Shown in pieces: positions 44,236-56,181 of a stretch of 64,000 nt of DNA (position 1 is the stretch's first letter; each line of letters begins with the position of its first letter). Source of the DNA: an uncultured Gemmataceae bacterium. GTDB taxonomy: Bacteria; Planctomycetota; Planctomycetia; Gemmatales; Gemmataceae. The notes under the pieces were generated by a model. That model was given only the letters and a program-made list of their open reading frames with translations, was not told the DNA's origin and ran no database searches. The stretch lies in assembly GCA_963750165.1 (NCBI GenBank), contig CAVVPN010000012.1, positions 704,001 to 768,000 on the forward strand, written 5' to 3'. The position numbers and the translations under genes are program-made.

Positions 44236-47200
44236 CTACCAGGCTTCGTCTCCCGTGGAGTCGGCGGGGTGCAAAACGGTCTGCTGGCCGTTCGGCGCAA
44301 CGTCAACAACGGCGCCGTAGGCCTTCCAGAGATCCCGGATTCCGAAGAAGGTGATGTTCCTTCGTTCAAAGTTGCCGTTCTGGACGCCGCGGACATTGCA
44401 CCCCGTCGCGGCCGCGATGGTGGCGAGCGTCTGGCCATCGGCACTGCCGCAGGCCATGACGTTGATCACGCACGGCCGGCACATGATGCCGGCGAGAATG
44501 GTCCCGAACCGCTGGGCATTGGCCTGGGAGATCGTCTCCTGTCCCGCCTGCGGCGTGCCGTCGTATCGGCTGAAGCGGAAACCACCCTGACCCGCAAAGC
44601 CACCGTGGGCACTGATCGTCAGCTTGTTCACACACTGGCACTGCCCGACATTGGCGCGCAGCGTGTTAATCATGTGCTCCACATTCCGGACCCCGAACAC
44701 GTCTCCCGCGTTCTTCAAGGCATGGGCAAAGCTTTTTCGGCTGGATTCCAGATCGGCGTACATCATGAAATCCTTTTGCTGGCAGGAGCAGCAACAGTTG
44801 AGCGTCGCATGCATCCGGGCCGCACCGAAGGTGCCCTCATTGCCCTGGCACCAGTTGCAGGTCCGCGGCAGCGGTTGGATGGCGGCCAACCCGCCGGGCT
44901 GCGGGGGAGGAAGCTTGGTGCGAGTTTCGCCAAGCGGATCGACATAGAACGTCGGTTGCCCCTCCTCGAACCGATACAGGTTGTCGTCGCCCGCCGAGAA
45001 GCCGGCCGGATCCTGCTGCAGAAAGCGCCCCAGCGTCGGCGAGTAATCGCGGTTGCGCGAGTAATAGAGTTCGCTGGTCGTGTCATACCGCAATCCCTGG
45101 AACAAATAATTCCACGAGTAGGTATCGCTGCCCGCGCCCCAGCTGGCAGTCAGGACCGTGACACTGCCATAGGGATCGTAGACGAAGCGCTCGACCACGG
45201 TGCCCGAAGTGTCTACCAGGGCCGTGACGTTGCCGTTGGCATCCTGCTGGGCGTATAGCCGCAACGTGAGAACGCCGCTGCCGTTGGGGTTGCTGTCGCG
45301 CTCCACCAGCGTGTCACTGCTCAGCGGGGACCACACGTATTGCGTGCTGGCAGTGCTGCTGCCCGCGGTGCGCTCTTCGATCACCTGCCAATCGCTGTTG
45401 TAGAACAGGTCCACCGTCGTGCCGGTGGTTTGGGTGACCCGACGGTTGATGGCGTCGTAACTGTAGGATTCCAGCGTGGTGCTGCCATTCTTGACGGCCA
45501 CCAGCCGGTCCCAGGCGTCGTAAACGTAGGTGTTGCCGTTGGGATCGGCGGTCAGGTTGCCGTTGTTGTCGTAGGCCGGTGGCGTCTGCCCCGCGACCGA
45601 CTGATATTCGTTCTGCGCGTTGGTGGTGCGCGCCTGCGGCACGCCATTCACGGTCACGCTGGTCCAGTTGCCCAGGGCGTCATAAGTCCAGGTCTCCGTC
45701 TCGCTGCCCCGCGTGAAGGCCGTGAGCTGGTTGCGGTCGTCGTAGGTGTATTGCTCATTGAGGGCGGAGTTCAGCACGTTGTTCTTGCTGAGGATGTTGC
45801 CGTCCTGGTCTTCGACATACAGAAAGTCATCCGTGGCGCTACTGGTGCTTGTGTCGTACCAGAGTGCTTCGACAACCCGGCCGAAGCGATCCAGTCCGGT
45901 GTACTGGTCGCCGGCGTCTCCCGTTGCCCCCGTGGGACTGATATAGGTCAGATTGACGTTGGTTTGCGGGTGGGCGCGCTCGACCACGGTATCGAGGCCC
46001 AGATACGTGTAGGCTTCCAGCACGCCCGTGTTGTCGGAGATCGAACTGAGCCGGCTAATGTCGTTGTCGAGGCCGGCGTCGTAGTTGTAAGTGACCACGC
46101 GGCCGTTGGGGTAAGTCATGCTCGTCAAGCGGCTGTTGTTTTGCCCGCCGGCCAAATCAGTGTAGGTGTACTGCACCACCGGCGTCGTGCCGACGACCAC
46201 GGGGCCGGACGGAGACTGATACTCACTGGTGAGTTGGCTCAGGCCGTTGTAGACGTCCTCCACCTGGTTGACGATCGTGGTGCCGGCCGGGTCGGCGTAG
46301 CTGGTGTAGAGGTATGGATTGCCCTGGCTATCGTAGGCCGTGTCGATGCGGCGGATCGAACCATCCACATTGCTGCCCAGCGTGGTCACGGCGTCCGAGG
46401 TCTGCCGACCGAGCACGTCATAGGTGAACTGGTGCGTCGTGCCGTTGCGGTCGGTCAGACCGGTCATCTGGCCGATGGCGTTATACGTGTAGGTGGTCTG
46501 CTGACTCGGACTGCTGCTGGGCAGGCCGGTCGTGGGGTCGGGGTATTCCGTGGTGGCCAGCAGGTCGTTGGAGTTGATGGCACTGCCGCCGGTCGTGGTC
46601 ACGCCGTAGACGTACTGGGTCGTCTGCGACGGCGTGCCGGCCGGCTGCACGGCCGTCACGGTCAGCCTGTGGTTGTCGCCGTCGTAGGTGTAGGCCGTCG
46701 TGTAGTTGCTCGAAGTGGTCGGCACGCCGTTGGTGTAGTCATCGATGGATTCGACGATGCGGCCCATCCCGTCGTAGAGTGTCCGGTAGTCGATGCCGCG
46801 CGGATCGATCACATCCTGGAGCCAACCGGCGGCGTCGTAGAAATCCTGGGTCTCCAGCACGATGTTGGAAGGGGTGGGCGGTGTGCTGGGCCGGGTATAG
46901 GCAGTACCGCCGTTGGTACCAACATCGGCGGAAGCAATCGCGCGGTCGGCGGCGTCGTAATAGAACACCGAGTAGTAGTCCCGCGCCTGGGCGCGGTGGT
47001 GCTGGTGGGATCACCCAGCGCCCCGGTCCCGGTGGCATTGTTGAAGCGCTGCCGATCAATGGTCTCGATCACGTTGTTGTCGGCATCGTAAATCGTCTGC
47101 GTCTGCTCCAGCACCACGTCGTTGGCCACGCTTGACGCGCCAGCGTAGGTGGTGCCGCTGCCGCCGTCGGTGGTGTACTCCGTCACCTGCCGCCCGGCCC

Positions 47201-50200
47201 CGTCGTAGGCGTCCTTGGACCAGAGACCACCCGGATCGCTCTCGGCGATCTGGTCGCCGCGGTGGTCGTAGTAGAAGTTGGTTGTCAGTCCCGTGCTCGA
47301 CACGGTCCCCGTCATCGGGTTCACGTCGTAGGTGTCCGTTTGATAGACGCGGCCCTGGTCGTCGTACCCGGTGGTATTGTAAACCCGCAGCAGGTCGGCG
47401 GCGGGCGGCTGCGGCACACCGTCGGTCGTCTGGATGGTCACGCCGTCGCCGTCGTACTGGCTATAGGTGGTCACTTCGCCGAGGTTGTCGTAGGTGGAGT
47501 AGTAAATCGGCCGGTTGGTCCCGTCGTATTCATTGGCGGGGTTACTGAGCACACCGTCCTTCTCGGCCACCTGGCGATCGCGCCAGTCGAAGTAATACTG
47601 CGTGACGCGCGGGGCGGCCCCGCCGCCGGGATAGTCGGTTTCCTGGGTGAGGTTGCTGTCCCCGACCCCGCCGCCGTCGTAGACGTAAGCGCTGATTTCG
47701 ACCATGTTGGATGGACTGGTGTTGTTGGTCGGCGACCAGAAGCCGCTGCCCGGCGTGTCGTCGGTGCCCTCCCAGGTGCTCACCAACCGACCCAGGCCGT
47801 CGTAGACATCGCGCGTGATGGTGCCGTTCGGGTCCTCCGTCCGCTCCAGACGGCCGCGGTGGTCGTAGCTGTACTGCGTCGTGTAGTAGTTCGTGTTCTG
47901 CGCGCCGAGGTAGGGAGTCGTTGAGTACGTCAGGCCGCTCAGGTTGAAGTAGGAGTCTTCTCGCACGTCCTGGCCGGCCGCGTTGGTGTAGTTGCGCTCC
48001 AGGGTTTGCACGTCGGTGATTGGCTCGGTGCCATCCGGCACACCGCCCGTCAGGTGGGGCGCCGCCGACATCGTCAGCATCTCGGTGTAGCTGTTCGCCA
48101 GGTCCACGCGGTAGACCTGAGTCGGTCCGGTGGGCATGCCGGTGGCGGCGTTCCAGCCGGGATAAATCCGGGACTCGTGGTCGGGATCGTCATAGACCGT
48201 GTAGGTGACGTTGCCGTTGGGCGTGGTTTGCTCGATGACCCGGCCCAGACTGTCCACCTGATAGGTCGTGACCAGGTTCAGGCCGCCGCCTGGCGGTGTG
48301 CTCCAGCCAGCGGGAAGGTTGCTGAAGTCACTGGGGTTGGCGGTGTTCACGTCGGCGATGGTCTCGATCACGGCGCCGGTGCCGGTGTCGTAGGCCGCGT
48401 AGCTGAGGTAGCCATCGCCATCCCGGTTCCAGATGGCCCGGCCCTCGGCGTCGTACACGGTCGTGCTCACGTCCGCGGCGCCTGGGCCGTTCTGCGCCGC
48501 CGAAATGGTCGGCAGCGACGTGGTCATCGACTGCACCTGGGTGGTGCCGGGGTAATAGGTGTAAATGTAGGTGGTGGTTTCGGCGCCGGTGCCGTTGTCA
48601 TAGCGGTAGCCGGTGCTGGTCGCCTCGGGGTGGACGGTGCTGCCGTTGGCCGTGTGCGTGTAATATTGATACGTCGTCTGCGGGATCAGCGTGCCCTGCT
48701 GCCCCTGCTGCAACTGGGAATCGAACTGATAGCCGGTGACGCCGCCCGGGTCCGTCTCGGTGGCAGTGTTGCCGGTGTAGTAGTCGTAGCGCGTGATCAG
48801 ACCGCTGTCGTTGCTCAGGTACTGGTAGTTACCGCCCTGGTTGTTCAGCAGGTCGGGGTAGCTGTCATCGTAGCCGGTCACCGCCGAGGGGTTGGCCATC
48901 TCCGTGACCCGGCCCTGGCCGTCGTACTGGTAGAACGTTGGCCAGGACTGGTTGGTGGTGGTGTCGTGGTAGACGCTGAGCATCACCTCGCCGTAGGCGT
49001 TGGTGTAGACGTAATTCTGGTTGCCATCGGGCAGCGTCTCGGTTGTCTCCGTGTTCCAGCTGTTGAAGCCGGCCGGGTTGCCGCTCGCCGTGTAGGTGTA
49101 GGTGTACGTGCCCAGGCCGCCGCTGCACGACGAACAGCCATCCCCCTGGATCACCGCCTCGGTGACGCGCTGCTGGCTGTCGTACTGGAAGTACGTCGAG
49201 GCGTAGGGCGCCACCTGAGCATCGGTGGCCGTGAAGGGATCGCCAACCGCGGTCTCCAGGCGGGCGAACGATTCCGTGTCGTAGGAGTATTTGAGACCGT
49301 GGACGTAGCCGATGCTGCCGGCGTCGGCGGCGGTGTAGTAGCGGTAGTAGGAGGTGTCGATGGGGTTGCCGCTGGCGTCCTCGGTGACGGCGGTCATCAG
49401 GTCGCCGGCGTTGCCGTAGGGCTGGCTGCCGTCGTAGTAGGTGTAGACCACCTGGCGCACCACCGTCTCCGGCCCGTTGTTGATCTGCCGTTCCAGGGTG
49501 ACGTCCTGCAGCAGCCCGGCGTTGACGCCGCTGGACACGTAGTCGTAGACGTACGACTCAGTAACGGTGTTGCCGCCGGACATGGCGCTGCGCTGCACGC
49601 GCGTGGTCTGGCCGTCGGCGTTGCGGCCGGTGACCGAAGTCACATCGCCGCCCGGGTCGGTGTAACTGCTCAGTTGCCCCTGCTGTCCCGACGCCACGCC
49701 GACGAAGCCAGAGAAGACCAGCACGTCGCCGAGTTCGTCGGTCAGATCGTACTGGTTGGTGGTGGGGTCGAAGGTAAGGGTGGACTCGTCGAAGTAGCGC
49801 GGCTGGTAGGCGCCGCCGACGAGGTCGTAGTAATAGGCGGTGGTGCCGTTGCTGACCTCGGCGAGGGTGGTGGGGCTGACCTGAATGAGGGAGGGCAGCT
49901 GGGTGTCCACGACGCCGTTGCCGTTACTGCTCTGGGAGGCGTAGCCGGGGCCGTTGGTCCAGGAGCGCGTCTGGCCCCAGGGCACGCCGTAGCCGGCGGA
50001 GGACAGGTCGGCGGTGGCCACCTGCACGACGCCATCGCCGTAGCGGACGCCGCTCGGCGACTGCTCCGAGGGCAGGTTGCCGCTGTTGCCGGCGGCGGCT
50101 TGCACGAGGGTGCCCGGCGCGTTGGTGCTGCCGCAGTTGCACCCGGGCCGGGGCTGGGGCACCACGGGGGGCGGGACCTGCTGGTTCATCTGCTGCATCG

Positions 50201-50839
50201 GGATGTTGACGGCATCGGAGATGCCGTCGAAGAGGCCGAGGTTCATCGACGAGAAGCTGAAAGTGCTGGGGAAGGTGGTGATGGTCAGGTCCGGCTGGTG
50301 GATGAGCAGACCGAGGGTGTTGCCGATGGTGTACGGGTTGTTGGGCCCGGCCGTCAGCTGGCCGCCGGTGATGGTCAGCTGAACCTCGAACTCGCCGGAC
50401 TGCGGCGAGAAGGCGTTGGCGAAGCCGAAGGCGGTCGGCTGGGCCGTCAGCAGGGTGCCGTCGTAATTCTGGGCGCCGAGGGCGACACTGCCGGTGACGC
50501 TGAAGCTGCCGCCGCTGCCGGTGTAGGTGCCAGCGTTGGTCAGGTTGAGGTCGAGGTTGGTGGTGGCGGAACTGCCGTCGGAGGGGTCATTGATGTAATT
50601 GACGGAGGTGTCGGGCATGGTGATCCACAACGGGATCGAGTCGTAGTGGAAGGGGTTGGCGTTGTTGTTCAGTTGTGTGTAGGACAGGTTGTTGACGATG
50701 CCGGAGGTGAGGTCCGGCGGCGTCCCCTGTTGTGCCAGCCCGAGCAGGGCGGGGACCGTGCGGTCCTCCAGCGCCTCGACCATCGGGACGAATCTCCGTG
50801 CCCACTTTTGGGCGCACGACGAGCGCGAGCGGTAACCAT
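44236..50839 (-). CDS. RHS/YD-repeat polymorphic toxin (~2200 aa), two homopolymer frameshifts (~50807, ~46990)
   Basis: FVPMVEALEDRTVPA planctomycete extracellular motif, DUF6531-like segment, many YD repeats, core GRFLQQDP..PTFYVDPLG, ~230-aa C-terminal tip. Confidence 0.9.
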
Positions 50840-50934
50840 GACCGTTCCCCCCACCGATGAAGGACTGCCAAGTGATCGACGCCAGCTCTTTCCGTCCGGT
50901 TGTTTTGACGGGGCGGCCCCATGCGGGCCCACTG

Positions 50935-51702
50935 CTAGACCGACTGCGCGAACCGGCGCCAGGGCAGCAATCGCCGCCAGAGCTGCGGCCGGCGCCAGCT
51001 GAGCAGCCCCAGACCACCAGTCAGCCACAGCGCCAGCGTGCCCGGCTCCGGCGTCAGCATGCCGAGCGTGGGCTTGACGCTGCTGGAGGAGAAGCTGCTA
51101 GTGAAATCGCCCAGGGTACCGCTGGTGACGTTCTCGGCGACGAGTTGGAAGCCGCCGAGTTGTCCCACGGAAAAACCCCCAAAGACGGAGTTGCCCTTCG
51201 AGTCGGTCATCGTCTGGGTCAGCGCTCCACCCGTGACGCTGAAGTAGCCGTCGAAGCTGAGCGAGGGCGGCCCGGCCATCTGCGCCCCGAAGTTGGTGAC
51301 GGTGCCGGTCAGCAGCGTGCCGCTGAAAGTGACTGGGGTCGCCCCGTCCTGGAGTTTACTCAGGGTGAGGGTGCCAGTGAGGCTGACCCCGGTGCCGTTG
51401 GCGACGAAATTCCCGTTGTGATCGACCGTCAGGTCGATGCTCAGGACGCCGGTAAACGTTGCGAAAAACGGGGCTTTGAGGATGAGCGGCGCGGTGTACT
51501 GGAGGCTGGCAGCCGACAGCGCGACTTTAAAGTCGCCGGTGGAGGCGGTATACGCGATACTGCCGTTGCTGCCTCCGACTTGCGGGCTGTTGGGGATGTA
51601 GTTGATCGGCAGCAGGCCGGCGCGGGCGGTCGCGGGGGACCAGAGCAGGACGCCGAGGACCAGGGCCAGGGCCCCGAGGCATCGGAAAGTACACACAGTC
51701 AC
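50935..51702 (-). CDS. PEP-CTERM sorting-domain surface protein
   Basis: AGGAG RBS + GTG, signal peptide ..ATARA-G, C-terminal TPEPGTLALWLTGGLGLLSWRR. Confidence 0.87.
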   Translation of the reverse strand: MTVCTFRCLGALALVLGVLLWSPATARAGLLPINYIPNSPQVGGSNGSIAYTASTGDFKVALSAASLQYTAPLILKAPFFATFTGVLSIDLTVDHNGNFVANGTGVSLTGTLTLSKLQDGATPVTFSGTLLTGTVTNFGAQMAGPPSLSFDGYFSVTGGALTQTMTDSKGNSVFGGFSVGQLGGFQLVAENVTSGTLGDFTSSFSSSSVKPTLGMLTPEPGTLALWLTGGLGLLSWRRPQLWRRLLPWRRFAQSV

Positions 51703-52388
51703 AGGTGTTCTCCTAAAGAAACCCCACTCGGTGGCTGAACCATCCAGGCGGCGGTGGACGCACACCTTCCCCGAGTCCGGGCGGCCCGACGGGCGCGCAC
51801 AGCGGACGGGGAAGAGGGAACGTCAACGGGTTCGATTCAGTGGGACACCGCGGCTCAACAAAGGACCATGAGGGGCTGTTTCATAACGAAGGGGCAAGTG
51901 CCGAACCGACTGTGCGCAGCGGTTCCGGCGTCTGCGTTTTGCAACACACACTCAGGATCGATCCAAAGATCCCTTACCCTCAGGAAGGTTAATACTGGGG
52001 CACCGCGATTTCTTGGCATGATTCGGACAGGATGATAGGGCGCGTTCGTTGCACGATTGACACAGCACCCACTTGAGGTTGGCTGCTGTTTGGGTCAAGG
52101 TTCAACGACGCTCGTCAAGAATCGGCCATGCGGTCGCGGCACTGAGGCCGTGGCTGACATGACTGTTTCAAATTAGTTAGTTATCACAGGCATCGCCCGA
52201 TTACAAGAAGAAAAAACGAATTTTGCCATGTGGGTGCGGACTCGAACTCTGGTGCGGCCCGGGCGTAATGGACAAGGTGCCACGACCGCGCCGAGTCCGC
52301 GCGGCGTTTGCAAATCGCGGCGAATCGGGTACCGTAGACCGGGGTGAATGTCGATGTCCGCCGCAATCCAGTTCAACGGAGGTCGCTC

Positions 52389-55129
52389 ATGGCGATCCGG
52401 CTTCTGCTCGTCTGCTCTGTGTTTGTGGTACCAACGGTCCTCACGTCGCGCAGTCTGGCCCAGGCGCCCGACAGGCCCGCCACGCCGCGGCTCGACGCCG
52501 ACGGTCAACCGCTGCCGCCCGGTGCCCTGGTCCGCATCGGCTCGACGCGCTTCCGCCACAAGCAGCCGGTGTCGTACCTCGGCTTCGCCGGCGACCGGTA
52601 CAAACTCCTGGCCCTCTCCGGCGGGGAGATACGGCTCTGGAACCTGGACACGGGCAAGGCCCTCTGGCGGAAGCTGACGCCAGCCGTCGGCGACGCGCGG
52701 TTTGAACGCCGTTACTTCGGCCGAACCGCGGAGCTGGTGCTGTCCCAGGATGGCAGGACGGTCGCCTGGTGGGTCGGCGACCAGCTGAAATTCCACGACG
52801 CGACCACCGGCAAGGAAATCGCCAGCGTGGCCCAGAAAAAGCTGGCCGAGGATCTGAAGGCTGACGCAAGCGAACTGCGGGACGCGGAGTTTCAACTCTC
52901 CGCCGACGGTCAGTTCGTGGTCGTGTCCGACAGCGCCGAATTATTCCGCAAAGGCCGCGGTCAGGGCCGCAAGGTCGGTGTCTGGCGGGCCGACACTGGC
53001 GCCCTCGTGCGCGTGATCGACATGGGCGAGAAGAAGTCCCTGGTAGCGCTGGCCCTGGCCGGCGACGGCCAGAGCCTGGCGACGGTGGAAGAAAGTGCGG
53101 GCAAGGACGAGAAGGAGAGCCGGCAGACGGTGCGCCTGTGGAACCTGGCCACGGGCAAGGAGGTGAAGTCGTTTTCCTCGCCCGTGGAGCGGCCGAGCCA
53201 CCTCCGCTTCCTGCCGGGCGGCAAGGCGCTGGTGGCGCTGGATCGCGGCGGTGAGTCGGTCCATCTGGTGGACACGGCCACCGGCAAGGAGCAGCGGCGC
53301 TTCCTGTCCCGCGGCGAACTGCAGCGTGTGCTGATGTCGGCGGACGGCAAGCGCCTGGCGGCGGTGACTCATGACAGCGTCTGGGTCTGGGAGACCGCCG
53401 CGGGCAAGGAACTGCTGCGCGTGCCGGCCGTCACCGTGGACCGCGGCGAACTGGCGGCGGCACTGTCCGCGGACGGCAAGCGGCTGGCGGTCGCAGTCGG
53501 CGTCAGTTTTCGGCTGTGGGACGTGGACACAGGCAAGGCCGTGCGCATGGACGAGGGCCACGTGGACGGGGTGGCGTCCCTGGCCTTCGCGCCGCGGGGC
53601 GGCCAGTTGTTGACGGCGGCGCCGCACGGGGCGCTGCTGCTGTGGGAGGCGAAGTCGGGCCGGCTGGTGCGGAGTTTCGCGTTCGCGCCGGCCGGGGTGC
53701 CCGAGGGAGGCGCTGCGCAACTTCACCAATGTACCGTGGAAGACGAACACCATTCAGGCGGCGTTCACGCCGGACGGCAAGACGGTCCTGGGCCTGGAAC
53801 TGGGCGGGGCGCTGCAGCGCTGGGACGCGGCCACGAGCAAGGCGCTGCCGTGGGCGGTGGCGTCGCGGAAGTACCTGACCTCCTTCGCCATCGCGCCGGA
53901 CGGCAAGCATGTCGCCGTGGCCGGCCTCGGCGGAATGCAGCTGCTGCAGGCGGCGACCGGCAAGGAGACGCGGCAGTTCCTCGCGGGCACCGTGCCGGAG
54001 AAGGACGGGCCGGGGCCAGGCGACTTCCAGTTCATCACCACGGCGTTCTCACCGGACGGCAGGCTGCTGTTCGCCACCCAGCTGAGCGTGGAACAGGGCA
54101 GGCGGGGGCCGGACGCGGGCATGGCCTCGACGTATCACGGTTTCGAGGTGTTCACCGGCCAGCGGCGCCTCCGCGCTGAGACGAAGATCAACCTGGAGGC
54201 CCTCATGGGAGGGGGTGGCGAACAGATGCTTGAGATGATGTCGGCGGTGTACGACATGATGGTGGTTGGCGTGGCGATGGCGCCGGATGGCCGGCACCTG
54301 GCGACCGCGGGTCTGACGAGCGTCAAGGTCTGGGACGTGGTCCGGGGTCGGGAGCTGCGCGTCCTGGCCGGCCGTGGCGTGGTGCCGATGACGGTGACGT
54401 TCTCGCCGGACGGCAAGCTGCTGCTGGTGGGCCGGCTGGACGGCAGCATCCGGCTGTGGGATGTGGCGACGGCGACGGTGCTGGGCGACCTGCCGCTGCA
54501 CGGCTCGACGGTGACGGCGCTGGCGTTTTCGCCCGACGGCAAGACGCTGGCATCGGGCTCCGCGGACACGACCGTGCTGCTGTGGGACTGGGCGGCCCTG
54601 CGGCAGCGGCTGACGGCAGTGTCGGCCGCCGCGGCGCCGGAAGCGCTGTGGCAGGCGCTGGCGGATGAGGAGGGGGAAAAGGTGCGTGACGCCCTGGCGA
54701 CGCTGGTGGCGGCGCCGGGGCCGGCGGTGGACTTGCTGCGCGCGCGGATGAAGCCGGTGCCGCCGGTGGACCCGGCGCGCGTGGCAAAATTGCTGGCGGA
54801 CCTGGACAGCAAGCAGTTCGCGGTGCGCCAGGCGGCGACGAAGGAACTGGAAAAGCTCGGCGACCTGGCCGGGCCGGCGATCCACCAGCAGCTGGCGGGC
54901 AAACCGTCGCCGGAGGCCCGGCAGCGGTTGGAGACGCTGCGCGACCGGCTCGACGGCACGGCGCCGACAGCGCAACTGCGGCGCGAGGTGCGGGGGGTGG
55001 AGGCACTGGAGCGGATCGGCACGCCGGAGGCGCGGGAGCTGCTGGAGGCACTGGCGCGGGGCGGCGGGGCACCGGCTGACGGCGGAGGCGGCGGAGGCGG
55101 TGCGGCGGCTGAAGAAGGGGACGCCGTGA
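52389..55129 (+). CDS. secreted WD40-repeat protein, frameshifts near 53705 and 55060
   Basis: D..G.PLPPGALVRIG..RFRH, repeated AFSPDGK/W(D/N)..TGK, C-terminal LW.ALA..R.VEALERIGT. Confidence 0.85.
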
Positions 55130-55257
55130 CCGGATCCGGTTTTTTCGGATTCGTTTCCGGATTCCTTTTCGTGCCCTGAAAATGCCGAGAAGTACTCCTC
55201 GGTGCCAGGAACCGATTTTCAGTCAACGGTTGCGCGAAGGGGCAGAAGAAGGCTCGC

Positions 55258-55326
55258 ATGTCCGCCGATTACGACAGCCCGTGGAAGGACCTGATTGACT
55301 GGTTGATGGAACTGCCGCGGACGTTA
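55258..55326 (+). pseudogene. internally deleted remnant of an Rpn-like / PD-(D/E)XK-family gene
   Basis: Reads MSADYDSPWKDLIDWLMELPRTL: the N-terminal DYDSPWK motif is joined directly to a C-proximal IDWLM.LP motif. Confidence 0.5.
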
Positions 55327-55328
55327 GC

Positions 55329-55579
55329 GCGCGTTGCGTTCGGGTGTTGCGGGTTCTTCGCCCCAAAGGGGGGCGGGACAACTTAGCCCAGGGCAACGCC
55401 CTGGGGACGCCTTCCGTGCCCTGAAGGGGCACCACAAGCGTCGTTGTGGTGCCCCTTCAGGGCACGGAAGGAAGCGGGGTAACAGTCCCTCCCTGGTTCC
55501 CAGGGCGTTGCCCTGGGCTAAGTTGTCCCGCCCCTTCGGGGCGAAAGACATGACCGCTACAGTCGTCTGCGAACCGCTC
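55329..55579. mobile_element. second copy of the ~250-270-bp palindromic element at 27917-28190
   Basis: Near-identical by eye; nested arms CCCAGGGCAACGCCCTGGG and CCCTGAAGGGGCACC. Confidence 0.82.
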
Positions 55580-55639
55580 CAGGCGACGCCCGTGTCATTC
55601 GCCGCGGGACAATGCTTGCACTCGAACACCGGTTCCCGA

Positions 55640-55697
55640 TCGGAGCCCGAGCGCCAGCGCGGGGTAGCGCTACCCCGTGCTGGCGCTCGGGCTCCGA
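55640..55697. repeat. palindromic element
   Basis: TCGGAGCCCGAGCGCCAGCGCGGGGTAG/CTACCCCGTGCTGGCGCTCGGGCTCCGA. Confidence 0.75.
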
Positions 55698-55711
55698 CCA
55701 GCCACGAACAT

Positions 55712-56131
55712 TCATGGCGCTCCTGTATCAGGGGGGCCGCCAGCGCTGTCTTTTTTCCCCGGTCCCTTCCCGGGGCCCTTGCCAAATCCTTTCTTCCCCT
55801 TGGGCCCTTTCCCCCCGGGGCCGAATCCGCCACCGCCGAATTGCGACTCCCTGGTGAACAGCTCCGTCAGTTCGTCACGGGTGACCACACCGTCCTTGTT
55901 GGCGTCGGCGCGGTCGAACAGGCGGTGCAGCCGCTCGTCGGTCACCTCGGCCTTTGTCAACTTGCCGTCCTTGTTCTTGTCGAACGCCATCATCTGGGTA
56001 ACCGTGGCTTCCACGTCAAAGCCCTTGCCCTTGCCCTTTTTGCCCTTGCCGCCTCCGGGGGGCTGACCCGGTGCGACCGAGACGGCGAGCAGGCAGCACG
56101 CCGCCAACGTGAGCATGATCCCGATTCGCAC
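55712..56131 (-). CDS. secreted EF-hand protein with Gly/Lys/Pro-rich flanks
   Basis: DKNKDGKLTKAE and DANKDGVVTRDE loops. Confidence 0.8.
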   Translation of the reverse strand: MRIGIMLTLAACCLLAVSVAPGQPPGGGKGKKGKGKGFDVEATVTQMMAFDKNKDGKLTKAEVTDERLHRLFDRADANKDGVVTRDELTELFTRESQFGGGGFGPGGKGPKGKKGFGKGPGKGPGKKDSAGGPPDTGAP

Positions 56132-56181
56132 GATGCTGATCCTCCAGTCGAATGAGTGTCATCCAGTAATGTTGGGTGCGA

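Noticed and set aside
51703..52388. Sigma-54 promoter or ncRNA upstream of the PEP-CTERM gene
   Set aside because: GGCAC/GGCAT hits lack the GC at -12 with correct spacing; no recognisable RNA structure by eye
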